64,000 nt of DNA from Gemmatimonadota bacterium (GCA_046758745.1 JBHIAV010000008.1:1-64000), one strand, 5' to 3'; positions 39,110-49,810 are shown, numbered from the stretch's first letter. The notes: a model not told the origin generated them from the letters alone. A program made the numbers and translations.

Positions 39110-40275
39110 GGCGGCACGGGCCCGTGCCCGCCGGCGAGCCGGCCGGATCGGCGGGGCCCCGGGAGCCGGCCCGATTCACGGCCCCTCGGAACGCGGCAGT
39201 GTCGGCGAGCCGCGGGGAGCCGGCGCGGCCCCGAGACGTCCGCCGGGCTGCACAGCTGGTAGGGCTCGAGGCGATCCGGGAGGCTGCCGAGCGCATTCGC
39301 GGGGTGGCGCTGCGTACGCCCCTGCTTCCCGCGCCCGTCCCGACGGCGGGGGAGCCGGCGGCCATCTCCGCGGGGCGCGGGCCGCGCCGCCCCACCGCTG
39401 AGGCAGCGCGGCTGTGGCTGAAGTGCGAGAGCTTCCAGCCCGTCGGGGCGTTCAAGCTGCGGGGCGCGTACAACTTCATCGCTTCGCTCGACGCCGACAC
39501 GCGGGAGAGCGGGGTCCTCACCTTCTCCTCCGGCAACCACGCCCGGGCCGTGGCGTACGCCGCCCGTCGCCTGGGAATCCCTGCCAGCGTGGTGATGCCG
39601 GTCGACGCGCCACGGGTGAAGCTGGAGGCGACCCGGGCGCTCGGAGCGCACGTGGAGCAGGTGGGTACCACGACCGTGGAGCGGCAGCGGCGGGCGGAGG
39701 AGCTGCAGCGCGAGCGCGGCGGCACAATGGTCCCGCCCTTCGATCATCCGGCGATCATTGCCGGTCAGGGAACGGTGGGGCTGGAGATCGTGCGGCAGAT
39801 GGCCGCACCGGAGGGCGATCCCGCCCTCGTGCTCGTGCCGGTCGGTGGCGGGGGGCTGATCTCCGGTGTGGCGGCCGCTCTCCGTGCCCTCGTGCCCGGG
39901 GTTCGGATCGTGGGCGTGGAGCCCGTGGGGGCGGCCAAGATGAGCCGGTCGCTCGCCGAAGGCCGCCCGGTGAGCCTGGAGCAGATCGACACGATCGCGG
40001 ATGGCCTGAAGCCCGCCCGCCCGGGCGATCTGACCTTCGCCCACTGCCGCGCTCTGGTGGATGAGGTGGTCACCGTGTCCGATGACGCCCTCCGGGCCGG
40101 GGTGCTCTGGTGCTTCCGGCAGCGCCTGGTGGTCGAGCCGAGCGGGGCGGCGGGGGTCGCGGCGCTCCTGACCGGTCGCGTCCGGCCCGCCCCCTCCCGG
40201 GAGGGGGCGACCGTCGTCGTCCTGTCCGGCGGCAACATCGATCCGGGGCTCCTGTGCGGGTGGCTTACCTCGTGA
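39106..40275 (+). CDS. Threonine/serine dehydratase (PLP fold II, no ACT domain)
   Basis: Motifs [34 protein letters not shown] and SGGN. The true start may lie further downstream. Confidence 0.88.
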   Translation: MRRHGPVPAGEPAGSAGPREPARFTAPRNAAVSASRGEPARPRDVRRAAQLVGLEAIREAAERIRGVALRTPLLPAPVPTAGEPAAISAGRGPRRPTAEAARLWLKCESFQPVGAFKLRGAYNFIASLDADTRESGVLTFSSGNHARAVAYAARRLGIPASVVMPVDAPRVKLEATRALGAHVEQVGTTTVERQRRAEELQRERGGTMVPPFDHPAIIAGQGTVGLEIVRQMAAPEGDPALVLVPVGGGGLISGVAAALRALVPGVRIVGVEPVGAAKMSRSLAEGRPVSLEQIDTIADGLKPARPGDLTFAHCRALVDEVVTVSDDALRAGVLWCFRQRLVVEPSGAAGVAALLTGRVRPAPSREGATVVVLSGGNIDPGLLCGWLTS

Positions 40276-41009
40276 GGCCACGCATCTTCATCGCTGTCAC
40301 CGCACCGGTTCGGGAGAGCGACATCGGCCTCCCGCGCGTGGTTCTCGAGGAGGGGTACCAGCGGGCCGTGAGGGTGGCGGGCGCCCTCCCCCTCATCCTC
40401 TCCCCCCTTCTGGACGAGGAGGCGCTGGGTCGACTCTTCGACGCGGCGGGCGGACTGATGCTCACGGGCGGGGAGGACGTGGACCCATCCCGCTACGGCG
40501 AGAAGATGAACGGATCGCGCCGCGTCTCCTCCCAACGGGACGCGATGGAGATCTCCCTCGCCGAGGCGGCCATCGAGCGGGGGATGCCGATCCTGGCAAT
40601 CTGCCGCGGGATGCAGCTCCTCAACGTGGTTCTCGGGGGGACCCTGTACCAGGACCTCGAGACGTATTGGGGAACGGAGATCGATCACGACCGGTACCGG
40701 GAGTTCGATGCCCCGATACACACGATCCGTGCCGAGCGCACGAGGCGGCTCGACGGTGTGGTCTCCGCGCGCGTGTTCGAGCAGAACTCTGCCCACCACC
40801 AGGGGATACGCGACCTGGCAGCCGGCCTCACGGCGGTCGCCTGGGCACCCGACGGACTCGTGGAGGGCGTCGAATACCACCAGAGCGCGGGCTGGACCGT
40901 GGGCGTGCAGTGGCACCCCGAGCGCCGGCTGGCGGATGGGACGAACCGCCGGCTTCTCGAGCGGTTCGGAGAGGAGGTGCGCCGGTCGGCCGGCGGGCGT
41001 GTCGGGTAG
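40272..41009 (+). CDS. Peptidase C26 / gamma-glutamyl-GABA hydrolase family glutamine amidotransferase
   Basis: Motifs LTGGEDVDP, ICRGMQ (Cys nucleophile), NSAHHQ and VQWHPE. Confidence 0.9.
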   Translation: MRPRIFIAVTAPVRESDIGLPRVVLEEGYQRAVRVAGALPLILSPLLDEEALGRLFDAAGGLMLTGGEDVDPSRYGEKMNGSRRVSSQRDAMEISLAEAAIERGMPILAICRGMQLLNVVLGGTLYQDLETYWGTEIDHDRYREFDAPIHTIRAERTRRLDGVVSARVFEQNSAHHQGIRDLAAGLTAVAWAPDGLVEGVEYHQSAGWTVGVQWHPERRLADGTNRRLLERFGEEVRRSAGGRVG

Positions 41010-41033
41010 CGGAGCGGTAGGAGTGGGCGGGGG

Positions 41034-42026
41034 ATGGCGTTGGCCGTCACGCGCGATCGCGCGGACCGTGCGGTGAACCGCACCCTCACCGCGATCCCGG
41101 GAATCGCCGTCGGACACGCGCACGACACCGCAGCGGCCACCGGGTGCACTGCCGTGCTCGGACCCTTCGTCGCGGCGGCGGACGTTCGCGGCCTGGCAAC
41201 CGGGACGCGGGAGATGGATGCGCTGTCGCCCCTCCACATCACGACGCGGTGCGACGCGATCCTCCTCGGCGGCGGGTCGGCGTTCGGGCTGGCGGCGGCC
41301 GACGGGGTGAGCCGGTGGCTGGAGGAGCGGGGCCGGGGCTTCCCTACCCGCGGCGGCGTCGTCCCGATCGTGCCCGCCGCCGTGATCTACGATCTCGGGA
41401 CCGGGCGGGCGGATGTCCGGCCGGATTCCGGCATGGGGCGTGCAGCGGCGGCAACCGCCTCCACCGATCCGGTTGCGGAGGGGCGCGTGGGGGCCGGGGC
41501 GGGAGCCACGGTCGGGAAGCTGCACGGCGGCGAGGCGTCGGAGCCGGCAGGTCTGGGTGGTTGGGCGGAGCGCTTCGCGGAGGGGACGGTCGCCGCGCTC
41601 GTGGTGGTCAACGCATTCGGAGACGTGCTCGATGCAGAGGGACGGATCATCGCCGGTACACGCGGCGCGGACGGTGGCTTCCTCGACACGGCGCGCGCGA
41701 TCCGCAGCTCGGCTCCCCGCGAAGGCTTCGGAGCGCCGGGTGAAAGCACGACCCTGGCCGTGGTGGCCACGGACGCGCCGCTCGGCAAGCGGGAGCTCCA
41801 GATCATCGCTCGCCTGGCAATGAACGGGATCGTGCGACGGATCTCGCCGTCCAACACGCCATTCGACGGCGACGTGGTGTTCGCGGTCTCGCCGAATGGT
41901 CCCCCCGGCGCGGAGCCGGAACCGGGAGAGGTGATGGCCATCGGGCTTCGAGCGCAGGCCGTGCTGGAGCACGCGATCGAGCGGGCGGCCCTGCTGGGCG
42001 GCGGCGAGCCCCCGGGAGAGGGGTAG
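41034..42026 (+). CDS. P1/S58 (DmpA-like) peptidase
   Basis: Motifs GIAVGH, DVRG.ATGTRE, GGSAFGL, GAGAGA, STTLAVVATDA and FDGDVVF. Confidence 0.85.
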   Translation: MALAVTRDRADRAVNRTLTAIPGIAVGHAHDTAAATGCTAVLGPFVAAADVRGLATGTREMDALSPLHITTRCDAILLGGGSAFGLAAADGVSRWLEERGRGFPTRGGVVPIVPAAVIYDLGTGRADVRPDSGMGRAAAATASTDPVAEGRVGAGAGATVGKLHGGEASEPAGLGGWAERFAEGTVAALVVVNAFGDVLDAEGRIIAGTRGADGGFLDTARAIRSSAPREGFGAPGESTTLAVVATDAPLGKRELQIIARLAMNGIVRRISPSNTPFDGDVVFAVSPNGPPGAEPEPGEVMAIGLRAQAVLEHAIERAALLGGGEPPGEG

Positions 42027-42028
42027 GC

Positions 42029-42715
42029 GTGCGGCGGCTCCTCCTCTTCGATATAGACGGCACACTGCTGGACACAAGCGGGGCGGGCCGGTCGGCCCTT
42101 CGCACGGCAATGCTCACCGTGTACGGTGAGACGGGTCCCATCGACGGGTTCGACTTCCATGGACAGACGGACCCCGCCATCGTGCGAGGTCTGCTACGCT
42201 CGGCCGGCCGCGACGCATGGATCGAAGCGCGGTTCGACGTCCTGTGGGAGGAATACTACGCGAGGCTGGCTGAAGAGCTGGCACGGCGCTCGGGCCGGAT
42301 CTCCGCCCATCCGGGGGTCGTCACACTGCTCGAGCAACTCGGGGCCGACGGTCGATTCGCCGTCGGTCTGGTCACCGGCAACATGGAGCGGGGAGCGTGC
42401 CAGAAGCTACGCTCGTGCGGCCTGGGCGGGCGCTTCGCCTTCGGGGCTTTCGGGTCGGACTCCGAGCGCCGGGAGGAGCTTCCGCCTGTGGCCCGCCGCC
42501 GGGCGGAGGCGGCGCTCGGCCGGCCGTTTCGCCTTGAACAGGCGGTCCTCATCGGCGACACCCCGGAGGACGTGCGGTGTGCCCGCGCGTGCGGCGCTCG
42601 TGCGGTGGCGGTGGCGACCGGACGCCACGCGGCCGGAGATTTGCAGGCGTACGCTCCAGACCACGTGCTACCGGATCTCACGGACACCGAGGCCGTCGTT
42701 CGAGCGTTGGCATGA
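42029..42715 (+). CDS. HAD-family hydrolase (phosphoglycolate phosphatase-like)
   Basis: Motifs LFDIDGTLL, GQTD, VTGN and IGDTPED. Confidence 0.88.
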   Translation: MRRLLLFDIDGTLLDTSGAGRSALRTAMLTVYGETGPIDGFDFHGQTDPAIVRGLLRSAGRDAWIEARFDVLWEEYYARLAEELARRSGRISAHPGVVTLLEQLGADGRFAVGLVTGNMERGACQKLRSCGLGGRFAFGAFGSDSERREELPPVARRRAEAALGRPFRLEQAVLIGDTPEDVRCARACGARAVAVATGRHAAGDLQAYAPDHVLPDLTDTEAVVRALA

Positions 42716-44112
42716 CAGACGGGAAGGCCACCCGGTTCGAGCTGGACGTGTTCGTCCAGGGCAGCGGCGTGCGGCGGGGAGTCGGCGTCGAAGTGGGGGA
42801 TGGGCGGCTCGTCTCCGGCGACATCAACGTCCCGTTCTCGTCCGTCTTCTGGATGGGCCGAAGGGCTGGACTCCTCCTCCTGTTCGCCCGCCACACCAGC
42901 GTGGCCCTGAAGGGAGACGGCCGCCAACTGGACGCGGTGGCACGGACGATCGTGGAAGCGGTGGATGCGACGGAGTGGCGTCGACAGCTCTTTCGCTACC
43001 TGGGATCGGAGGTCGTGCTGTTCGCGGCCGAGTGCGCGGTGGCCGGCACCGTCGTCGGGGAGCCGGTCCGGGGGCTCTGCGTGGCCGCCTTCACGAAGCG
43101 GGGCGCCCATCTCTTCTCGGGTGAGCGCCAGTGGTCGATCGGCTGGCCGGCCGAGGTCGCCGAGACCCGGACCGGCCGCGCCAATGGTGGGGGAGAGGCG
43201 CTCTTCCTGAAGCGGGGAGACGTTTCGTTGAGCCTCCTCTACCTGCATCCGGAGGAGATCGAGTCCGTGCTGAAGGTGGCCCTTGCCCCGCCGGAGGAGG
43301 AGCCCGAGGAGTTCCTGGAGCTGTTCACCCGCGGACAGGTGGCGCCGCCTCCCCCGCCGCGGCTGCCCGAGTTCTCACTCGCCGCCGGGTCGTTACAAGC
43401 GATCGCCGAGGAGGCGGCCGCACGCGTGCCGAGGGATCTGCAGACCCGGGCCGAGCTGGGAGCGTATTTCTTCGAGACCCATTTCCTCGAGCTCGGCGAG
43501 ATCGCCCTCGGTCCTCTGCTGTTGCGGAAGTCCGCCGCCTCGAGCGCCCGTGGGCTCGGGCGCGCCGTACGGGCCATGAGCGCGGATGACATGCAGCGCG
43601 ATACGCAGGCGGCCGTCGCGACGGCGGCGGATCGGTTGGCCGCAGTGTATGACCACGAGCTGGAGAGGTTGCTGAGGGAGCGGAAGGTGCCGTTCCGACT
43701 CGAGCGAGAGCTCGTTCTCTCGCAGTCGGAGTTCGACGACATCGGCACCCGGATGCAGCTTCCCTTCGACCGCCTCTCCGAGCTGTTCGGCGAGCTGGCC
43801 GGTCAGGAGGCGGAGCTCGTGGACCGCCTCGCGGCGCTCGATGAGGGACCACCCGGGGCGGCGGAGGAGGTGGTGGAGGAGACGGCCACGGAGTGGCGTG
43901 CCACGCTGGAGCGGCTGGACCGGGCTTACGAACTCGCCTGGCGGGAGCTCGTGACGGAGATCGAGGGCACCTGGTCCGGCCTTCTCCTGCCGCGGCTGGC
44001 GCGGGTCGGGGCGCTGAGGACGAGACGGTTTCCGGAGTGGGTACAGCTGGCGATCATCGCGGCCATCACCGTACTCGTGGTCGCTGCGCTCGGCATCGTG
44101 CTGTTCGCGTGA
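42712..44112 (+). CDS. Hypothetical protein (466 aa) with a C-terminal membrane anchor
   Basis: ATGA-coupled to the HAD gene. Beta-rich N-terminal half, acidic helical C-terminal half, terminal TM segment. Confidence 0.75.
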   Translation: MTDGKATRFELDVFVQGSGVRRGVGVEVGDGRLVSGDINVPFSSVFWMGRRAGLLLLFARHTSVALKGDGRQLDAVARTIVEAVDATEWRRQLFRYLGSEVVLFAAECAVAGTVVGEPVRGLCVAAFTKRGAHLFSGERQWSIGWPAEVAETRTGRANGGGEALFLKRGDVSLSLLYLHPEEIESVLKVALAPPEEEPEEFLELFTRGQVAPPPPPRLPEFSLAAGSLQAIAEEAAARVPRDLQTRAELGAYFFETHFLELGEIALGPLLLRKSAASSARGLGRAVRAMSADDMQRDTQAAVATAADRLAAVYDHELERLLRERKVPFRLERELVLSQSEFDDIGTRMQLPFDRLSELFGELAGQEAELVDRLAALDEGPPGAAEEVVEETATEWRATLERLDRAYELAWRELVTEIEGTWSGLLLPRLARVGALRTRRFPEWVQLAIIAAITVLVVAALGIVLFA

Positions 44113-44169
44113 AACGCCGACGGACGGTGCGTGTAGTCTCGTAGTCCCCACACTGGGAGGAGTGAAGAC

Positions 44170-44898
44170 TTGGCGAGGAAGAGAGCGCAGGTGAAGGGGC
44201 GTGGCGCCGCCGGGAGCGGCCCCGGCAAGGCGTTCTACCTCGGGCTTGGATTGGTCGCGCTCGTCGGAGTCGGTGCGCTCGTGCTGGCTCGCTCGTCGGG
44301 GTCGGAGCCGATCACCCGTCCTCTCTCGGTGGCCGAGCTGAGCGCTGGGGCGGACCCTTCGGTGGGCGTGACGATGGGACCGGAGGAGGCTCCGCTGACG
44401 ATCATGGAGTTCACCGACTTCCAGTGCCCGGTGTGCAAACAGTTCAACGCGCTCACCGGTAGGCTGCTCAGACAGAACTACGCCGGGCCGTCGGGGCCGG
44501 TTCGCTGGATCGCGTACGACTTCCCGCTGGACCAGCACGCGAACGCGGTGCCCGCCGCCCTGGCCGCGCGGTGCGGCGAGGCGCAGGGCCGGTTCTGGCA
44601 GATGCACGATCTGCTGCTCGCCCGGCAGGAGAACTGGGCGACCGACCGGTCGCCGGCGGGCCGGTTCTCCGACTACGCGAAGGAGCTCGGCCTCGATGTC
44701 GGCGAATTCGACCGCTGTCTCACCGAGCGCCAGCACATCTCCGAGGTCGTCGCCTCCATGCGGTACGGCGAGCAGCTCGGGGTCCGCGGCACGCCGACCG
44801 TCTTCCTCAACGGCGAGCCGCTGGAGAACCGCTCGTACCGCTACATAGAGCAGCGGATCCAGGAAGCCGTCGGGGGTGGTGCGGGACGGGGCGAATAG
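44170..44898 (+). CDS. DsbA/BdbD-type thiol-disulfide oxidoreductase
   Basis: N-terminal TM, EFTDFQCPVC, FPL and cis-Pro GTPT. Confidence 0.88.
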   Translation: MARKRAQVKGRGAAGSGPGKAFYLGLGLVALVGVGALVLARSSGSEPITRPLSVAELSAGADPSVGVTMGPEEAPLTIMEFTDFQCPVCKQFNALTGRLLRQNYAGPSGPVRWIAYDFPLDQHANAVPAALAARCGEAQGRFWQMHDLLLARQENWATDRSPAGRFSDYAKELGLDVGEFDRCLTERQHISEVVASMRYGEQLGVRGTPTVFLNGEPLENRSYRYIEQRIQEAVGGGAGRGE

Positions 44899-44970
44899 GG
44901 TCGCCCGAAGCCGGACCCGGGGTGGTGGGGAGGGATGGTGGACCCGCCCGGGCGGGCCGGAAGGAGCGGC

Positions 44971-45438
44971 GTGAACGACGGACGACGGAAGCTGGTGGCC
45001 GTCCTGGCGCTGGCCGGCTTCTTCCTCTCGAGCTATCTGCTTCTCTACGCACTAGGCTTCTACGGCGATGTGGTGTGCGGGCAGAGCGGCTCCTGCGAGG
45101 CCGTGCAGACCTCCAGATACGCCCGTTTCCTGGGCGTTCCGGTGGCGGGCTGGGGCACTGCGTGGTACCTGGCCGTGTTCGCCGTGGCGATCGCCGCCCT
45201 GCAGCCGGGAGCGGCGGGAAAGAGATGGCCGGACCGCGGGCTCGCCGTTTTGGCGGCCGGTGGCCTGGCCTTCTCGCTCTGGCTGACCTACGCGGAACTC
45301 TTCCTCATCCGGGCGATCTGCCGCTTGTGCGTGGCGAGCGCGGCTCTCACCGTGCTGATCTTCGCCGCGACGCTTCCCTTGGGGCGCGCCTCAAGCGGTG
45401 GCGGTCCAGAAGCCCTCGAGGGACGATCCGTGAGGTGA
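44971..45438 (+). CDS. Vitamin K epoxide reductase (VKOR) family protein
   Basis: Loop cysteines C.....C..V..S.Y and active-site CRLC, with 4 TM segments. Confidence 0.88.
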   Translation: MNDGRRKLVAVLALAGFFLSSYLLLYALGFYGDVVCGQSGSCEAVQTSRYARFLGVPVAGWGTAWYLAVFAVAIAALQPGAAGKRWPDRGLAVLAAGGLAFSLWLTYAELFLIRAICRLCVASAALTVLIFAATLPLGRASSGGGPEALEGRSVR

Positions 45439-46254
45439 CTGGCGCAGCTTGTCGAAGGCGCGGTTGCGGATCTGGCGGATCCGCTCGCGCGTGACGCCGA
45501 GCAGCTCGCCTATCTGCTCCAGCGTCATCTCCTCCCCGTCGTCGAGCCCGTAGTACAGGACGAGGATCTTGCGCTCACGCTCGGTCAGGTACGTCTCGAA
45601 CATCTTCTCGAGGAACTCACGCCGCGCCTGCGCCTCCACGTCCACCTCGATATCGGCCTCATCCATTCCGGAGAAACGCTCCCCGAAGGAGGCGCTGTCG
45701 CGGTCCGACTTGTCGAGCGGGGCATCCAGGCTCAGCTCCGCGGAGGCGACTCGGCGCAGGGCCCGAACCGTCTCTACCGGCTCCTTCATCTCCTCGGCGA
45801 TCTCGCGGTCCGTCGGCGAGCGACCGAGCTTCTGGGTGAGCGCGGTCTCCGTCCGCGACAGCTTCACCAGGTTGGAGTTCTGGTTCAGCGGGATGCGGAC
45901 CGATCTTGTCTGCTCGGCCAGGGCCTGAAGAACCGTCTGGCGGATCCACCACACGGCGTACGAGATGAACTTCACGCCCTTGTCGGGATCGAACTTCTTG
46001 ACAGCCTTGAGCAGGCCCTCGTTCCCGATGCACACGAGCTCGGCCAGGTTCAGCCCCCGGCCTTGATATTTCTTCACGTACGAGATCACGAAGCGTAGGT
46101 TCGCCGTGACCAGACGCTCGGCCGCCTCTCGGTCGCCCAGACGGGCGCGTCGGGCGATCTCTCGCTCCTCGGCGGGATCCTCGATGAGCGGGTAGCGCTC
46201 CACGTCCTGCAGGTACTGGTCGAACGAATCCAGCGCACGCGAGTCGAAGAACAT
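45391..46254 (-). CDS. RNA polymerase sigma-70 factor, RpoD/SigA-like, lacking region 1.1
   Basis: Motifs NLRFVIS.VKKY, KFISYAVWWIRQ, VRIP, SLDAP and TLEQIG..GVTRERIRQI. GGAGG SD before ATG 46254. Confidence 0.92.
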   Translation of the reverse strand: MFFDSRALDSFDQYLQDVERYPLIEDPAEEREIARRARLGDREAAERLVTANLRFVISYVKKYQGRGLNLAELVCIGNEGLLKAVKKFDPDKGVKFISYAVWWIRQTVLQALAEQTRSVRIPLNQNSNLVKLSRTETALTQKLGRSPTDREIAEEMKEPVETVRALRRVASAELSLDAPLDKSDRDSASFGERFSGMDEADIEVDVEAQARREFLEKMFETYLTERERKILVLYYGLDDGEEMTLEQIGELLGVTRERIRQIRNRAFDKLRQSPHGSSLEGFWTATA

Positions 46255-46355
46255 TTGCCTCCGATCCATTCGGCTCCCAGTGTGGCCGACAACAGAATAA
46301 AGAGCGAGCCGGCAGCCCCACCCGCGCCGCCGACCCGTTCTCCGAATAACTTACC

Positions 46356-47129
46356 TCATACCTGGCTTCTCTTCCACTTGTTCCCAGGCCCCCTCCCCCG
46401 CACGGCCTCCTCCAGCCAGCGTCGGTCCTCCGGCGTCAGCCGGTCGTACGTCGTCGTCCCGCCGCCGGCCACCGGAGCGCCGCTCCCCGGCGGTGCGATG
46501 CTCTCCCCTCTCTTCGGACCGGCGGGCCGAGCGGCCCAGCGGCGCAGGCGCCGGTAGAGGAAGATCGCCCCGCCGAAAGTGGCCACCGCCGGAAGCAGGT
46601 ACACGAGCAGATTCAAGCCCCGGGCCTCCGGCTTGAGGAGGATCCACTCGCCGTATCGGCTGACGAAGTAGGCCCTTACTTGCTCCGGTGTTTCCCCGGC
46701 CGCCAGCCGTTCCCGGATCACCGACTGCATCTCTCGAGCGAGCTCGGCCGAGGACTCGAGCACCGACTGGTTGCGGCACACCGGGCAGCGAAGCTGCGCG
46801 GCGACCCGGGCCGTGAGGGCGTCCAGCTCCGCCGGCTCGAGCGCTGCCCCGGCTCCTCCGCTCCCCGGCTGCCGCTCGGGGCTCGCCTCCCTCTCTCCGG
46901 GTCCCCCTGCCGGCTCCGCGCTCCGCGCCTCCTCCGCCACCCCGGCCTCTTGAGTCGCGGCTCCGGGCACCATGCGTCCCCCGGCTCCGGGCCGCTCCTC
47001 CTCCGTGACCCCCCCCGCCGGCGTCTCGGCCACACCCACGCCTCCGGCCACGGCTGCCAGCGCGACCACGAGCCACACGAGCCGCACGGGGCCGCCCGCC
47101 CCCGCTTGCCGGCGCGCGCCGAGGGTCAT
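46356..47129 (-). CDS. ccmH: Cytochrome c maturation protein CcmH/CcmL
   Basis: LRCPVCRNQSV, YFVSRYGEWILLKP and a following TM. No TPR part. Confidence 0.88.
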   Translation of the reverse strand: MTLGARRQAGAGGPVRLVWLVVALAAVAGGVGVAETPAGGVTEEERPGAGGRMVPGAATQEAGVAEEARSAEPAGGPGEREASPERQPGSGGAGAALEPAELDALTARVAAQLRCPVCRNQSVLESSAELAREMQSVIRERLAAGETPEQVRAYFVSRYGEWILLKPEARGLNLLVYLLPAVATFGGAIFLYRRLRRWAARPAGPKRGESIAPPGSGAPVAGGGTTTYDRLTPEDRRWLEEAVRGRGPGNKWKRSQV

Positions 47130-47674
47130 CCGCCAGCCGCCTCGCGCCCGCCCCACCCCGCGAGAAGCGAGTCCACCCTGGCGCTCACGATCTCCCACGT
47201 CAGCGGTCCCACCTGCTTGTATGCCACCCGTCCCTCCCGGTCGAGGAAGAACGTCTCGGGCACACCGTACACCCCGTAGTCGATGGCCGTGCGTGTTGCC
47301 GGGTCGAGGACGCTGGTCCACCCTCCGCCGAGCTGCTCGAGGAACCGGCGCGCGTTCACACGGCTGTCCTGATAAACCACCCCGACGATCCGCACGTCCC
47401 GCCCGGCGTACTCCTCCTCGGCCCGGCGAAGGACATCGTGCTCGCCCCGGCAGGGAAGGCACCAGGAGGCCCAGAAGTTGAGCACCACCACCTGGCCGCG
47501 CAGCTCCTCGAGGGCGAGCGAGTCGCCGTCCAGCGTCTCGAGGTGAAACGCCGGCGCAGCCTCGCCGATGAGGGGCGTGGGCAGCACGAAGGTGTCCCGC
47601 GTGAGCCCGAACGCGAGCAGCGCCAGGAAGGGGAGCGCCAGGAGAGGCAGCAGCCAGCGAACACCCCTCCTCAT
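47126..47674 (-). CDS. ccmG: Thiol-disulfide oxidoreductase CcmG/TlpA
   Basis: NFWASWCLPCRGEH and YGVPETF, within the ccm operon. Confidence 0.88.
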   Translation of the reverse strand: MRRGVRWLLPLLALPFLALLAFGLTRDTFVLPTPLIGEAAPAFHLETLDGDSLALEELRGQVVVLNFWASWCLPCRGEHDVLRRAEEEYAGRDVRIVGVVYQDSRVNARRFLEQLGGGWTSVLDPATRTAIDYGVYGVPETFFLDREGRVAYKQVGPLTWEIVSARVDSLLAGWGGREAAGG

Positions 47675-49701
47675 ACGGCCACCGGCTCCGGCTCCTCTCG
47701 CTCCGCCTCCTCCCTTCCCCGTACGGGCGGTGTGGCCTGGACGGGCGGACGACGAGCGCCGCGCAGCGGAAGGATGGCGAGAAGTGCCCCGATCGCCACG
47801 ATCATCCCCCCGATCCACAACCATGGCACGGCCGGGTTCACGATCGCCCGCACGGTGGCATGCCGGCCCTCCTCCGCGTCGAAGGCCATGAGGGTGAGGT
47901 AGAGATCCTCCCGCAGGGAGGAGCGCACCGCCGGCGTGGCGATCGGCTGCTCCGAGTTCGGGTAGAAGTTCATCCGCGGCTCGAGCCTCCGGATCGGCTC
48001 GCCGCGGCGGAAGATCGAGAACGCGGCCGCGACGACGAACCGCTGCGGTTCCTGCCGTCCCCACACCTCCTCAAGACGTATCGCGTAATCGCCGATCACC
48101 ATCTCCTCTCCCGTTGCGAGCGTGACCTCCCGCTCGAAGCGCCACGAGCCCGAGATGGCGAGCGCCACGATGATCACCACGATCCCGGCGTGCACGATGT
48201 AGCCGCCGTACCTCCGGTTGTTGCGGACGAGCAGCTGCGCGAGGGCGCGTGGCACGGAGGCGTCCGAGAGCCGCCGGCGCGCCCAGACCCCCTTCCGGAA
48301 CTCTTCGAAGATCGTGGTCATCACGAAGCCGGCAAAGGCGAAGGTCAGCAGCGGGTATAGGGAGCGCACGCCGAGGGCGAGGAAGATCACCAGCGCCCCC
48401 CCCCCGACCGCCGCCGGCAGCCAGAAGGCCCGCCGCAGCCTCTCGCGCGTGGATCGGCGCCACGGGAGAGCGGGGCCGACGCCCATGAGAAAGAGCAGAG
48501 CCAGACCGATCGGCACGGTGACAATGTCGAAGTAAGGCGGCCCGACGCTCACCCGCTGCCCGTTCATCGCCTCCACGAGGAGGGGAAAGGTCGTGCCGAG
48601 CAGCACCGTAAAGGTGAACGCCACGAAGAGCAGGTTGTTGACGATGAAGGCGCTCTCCCGCGAAGCGACCGCGTCCAGGCTGCCCTCCGCGTGCAACCGG
48701 TCGCTCCGCCACGCGATGAGCGCCAGGGAGGCGAGGACGATGAAGGCGATGAACGCCAGGAAGAGCGGCCCGATCACCCCCTCGGTGAACGCATGCACGG
48801 AGTCGAGGATCCCGGATCGGGTGAGGAAAGTGCCGAACAGGGTGAGGAGAAACGTGCCGATGATGAGGCTGAGGTTCCAGGTCTTCAGCATCCCGCGACG
48901 TTCCTGGACCATCACGGAGTGCAGGAAGGCCGTCGCGCAGAGCCACGGGAGGAAGGAGGCGTTCTCCACCGGGTCCCACGCCCAGTAGCCGCCCCAACCG
49001 AGCACCTCGTAGGACCACCACGCCCCCGCCACGATGCCGACCGAGAGGAAGGCCCACGGCGCGATCGTCCAGCGCCGCGTGGCCCGGATCCACTCTTCGT
49101 CGAGCTTCCCGCTCAACAGCGCCGCCCCCGCGAAAGCGAACGGGACGGTGAGCCCGACGTAGCCGAAGTACAGCATCGGCGGATGGAGCCCCATGAGGGG
49201 GTGGTTCTGCAGCAGCGGGTTCGGGCCGGGCCCGTTCGCCGGCGCCGGATGGAGGGTCCCGAACGGGCTGGCCGGACCGACGAGGAGGGCGAAGAAGAAG
49301 GCCCCCACCAGCATGACGACCCCGCTGACGAAGGGCATCAACCGCGGGTAGGTCCGGCGGCCCGTGAACGCCACCAGCGCCCCGTACCCCGCCAGGATCC
49401 ACCCCCAGAAGAGGATCGATCCGTCGAGGCTGCTCCACAGGGAGATCGCAGTGTAATACGCCGGCGTTTCCCTACTCCCCACCCGCGCCACGTACTCCAC
49501 GCTGAAGTCGTGGGTGAGCAGAGCCACCTCCATCGTGACGACGGCCGCGGTGATACAGGCGAACACGAAGTAGCTGCCGAGTCGCGCCGCGGTCACCAGG
49601 TCTGGACGCCGCCGGAAGCCGCCGAGCAGGCCACAGGCCGCGACCACGATCGAGCCGAAGAGAGCGGCGAGGACGGCCGCCGAGCCGATCGTGCTCAGCA
49701 C
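47671..49701 (-). CDS. ccmF: Heme lyase CcmF
   Basis: Motifs NPLLQ, HPP, the WWD motif WGGYWAWDPVEN and SVHAF. Confidence 0.95.
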   Translation of the reverse strand: MLSTIGSAAVLAALFGSIVVAACGLLGGFRRRPDLVTAARLGSYFVFACITAAVVTMEVALLTHDFSVEYVARVGSRETPAYYTAISLWSSLDGSILFWGWILAGYGALVAFTGRRTYPRLMPFVSGVVMLVGAFFFALLVGPASPFGTLHPAPANGPGPNPLLQNHPLMGLHPPMLYFGYVGLTVPFAFAGAALLSGKLDEEWIRATRRWTIAPWAFLSVGIVAGAWWSYEVLGWGGYWAWDPVENASFLPWLCATAFLHSVMVQERRGMLKTWNLSLIIGTFLLTLFGTFLTRSGILDSVHAFTEGVIGPLFLAFIAFIVLASLALIAWRSDRLHAEGSLDAVASRESAFIVNNLLFVAFTFTVLLGTTFPLLVEAMNGQRVSVGPPYFDIVTVPIGLALLFLMGVGPALPWRRSTRERLRRAFWLPAAVGGGALVIFLALGVRSLYPLLTFAFAGFVMTTIFEEFRKGVWARRRLSDASVPRALAQLLVRNNRRYGGYIVHAGIVVIIVALAISGSWRFEREVTLATGEEMVIGDYAIRLEEVWGRQEPQRFVVAAAFSIFRRGEPIRRLEPRMNFYPNSEQPIATPAVRSSLREDLYLTLMAFDAEEGRHATVRAIVNPAVPWLWIGGMIVAIGALLAILPLRGARRPPVQATPPVRGREEAEREEPEPVAV

Positions 49702-49810
49702 GCGGCCTCCCCGCTCCCCCCGACGCCCCCGTCTGCCGTGCCGCGGCCGCCCGCGCCGCGCTGCCAGATCGCACGTCGGCCCGGAGGTCCGGGATCTCCG
49801 CGGCGCGCTC

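Noticed and set aside
41735-41775. STT in place of the commoner NTT at the DmpA-like autoprocessing site, as a sign of inactivation
   Set aside because: The Thr nucleophile candidates remain and all other motifs are intact. I cannot judge the substitution without an alignment.
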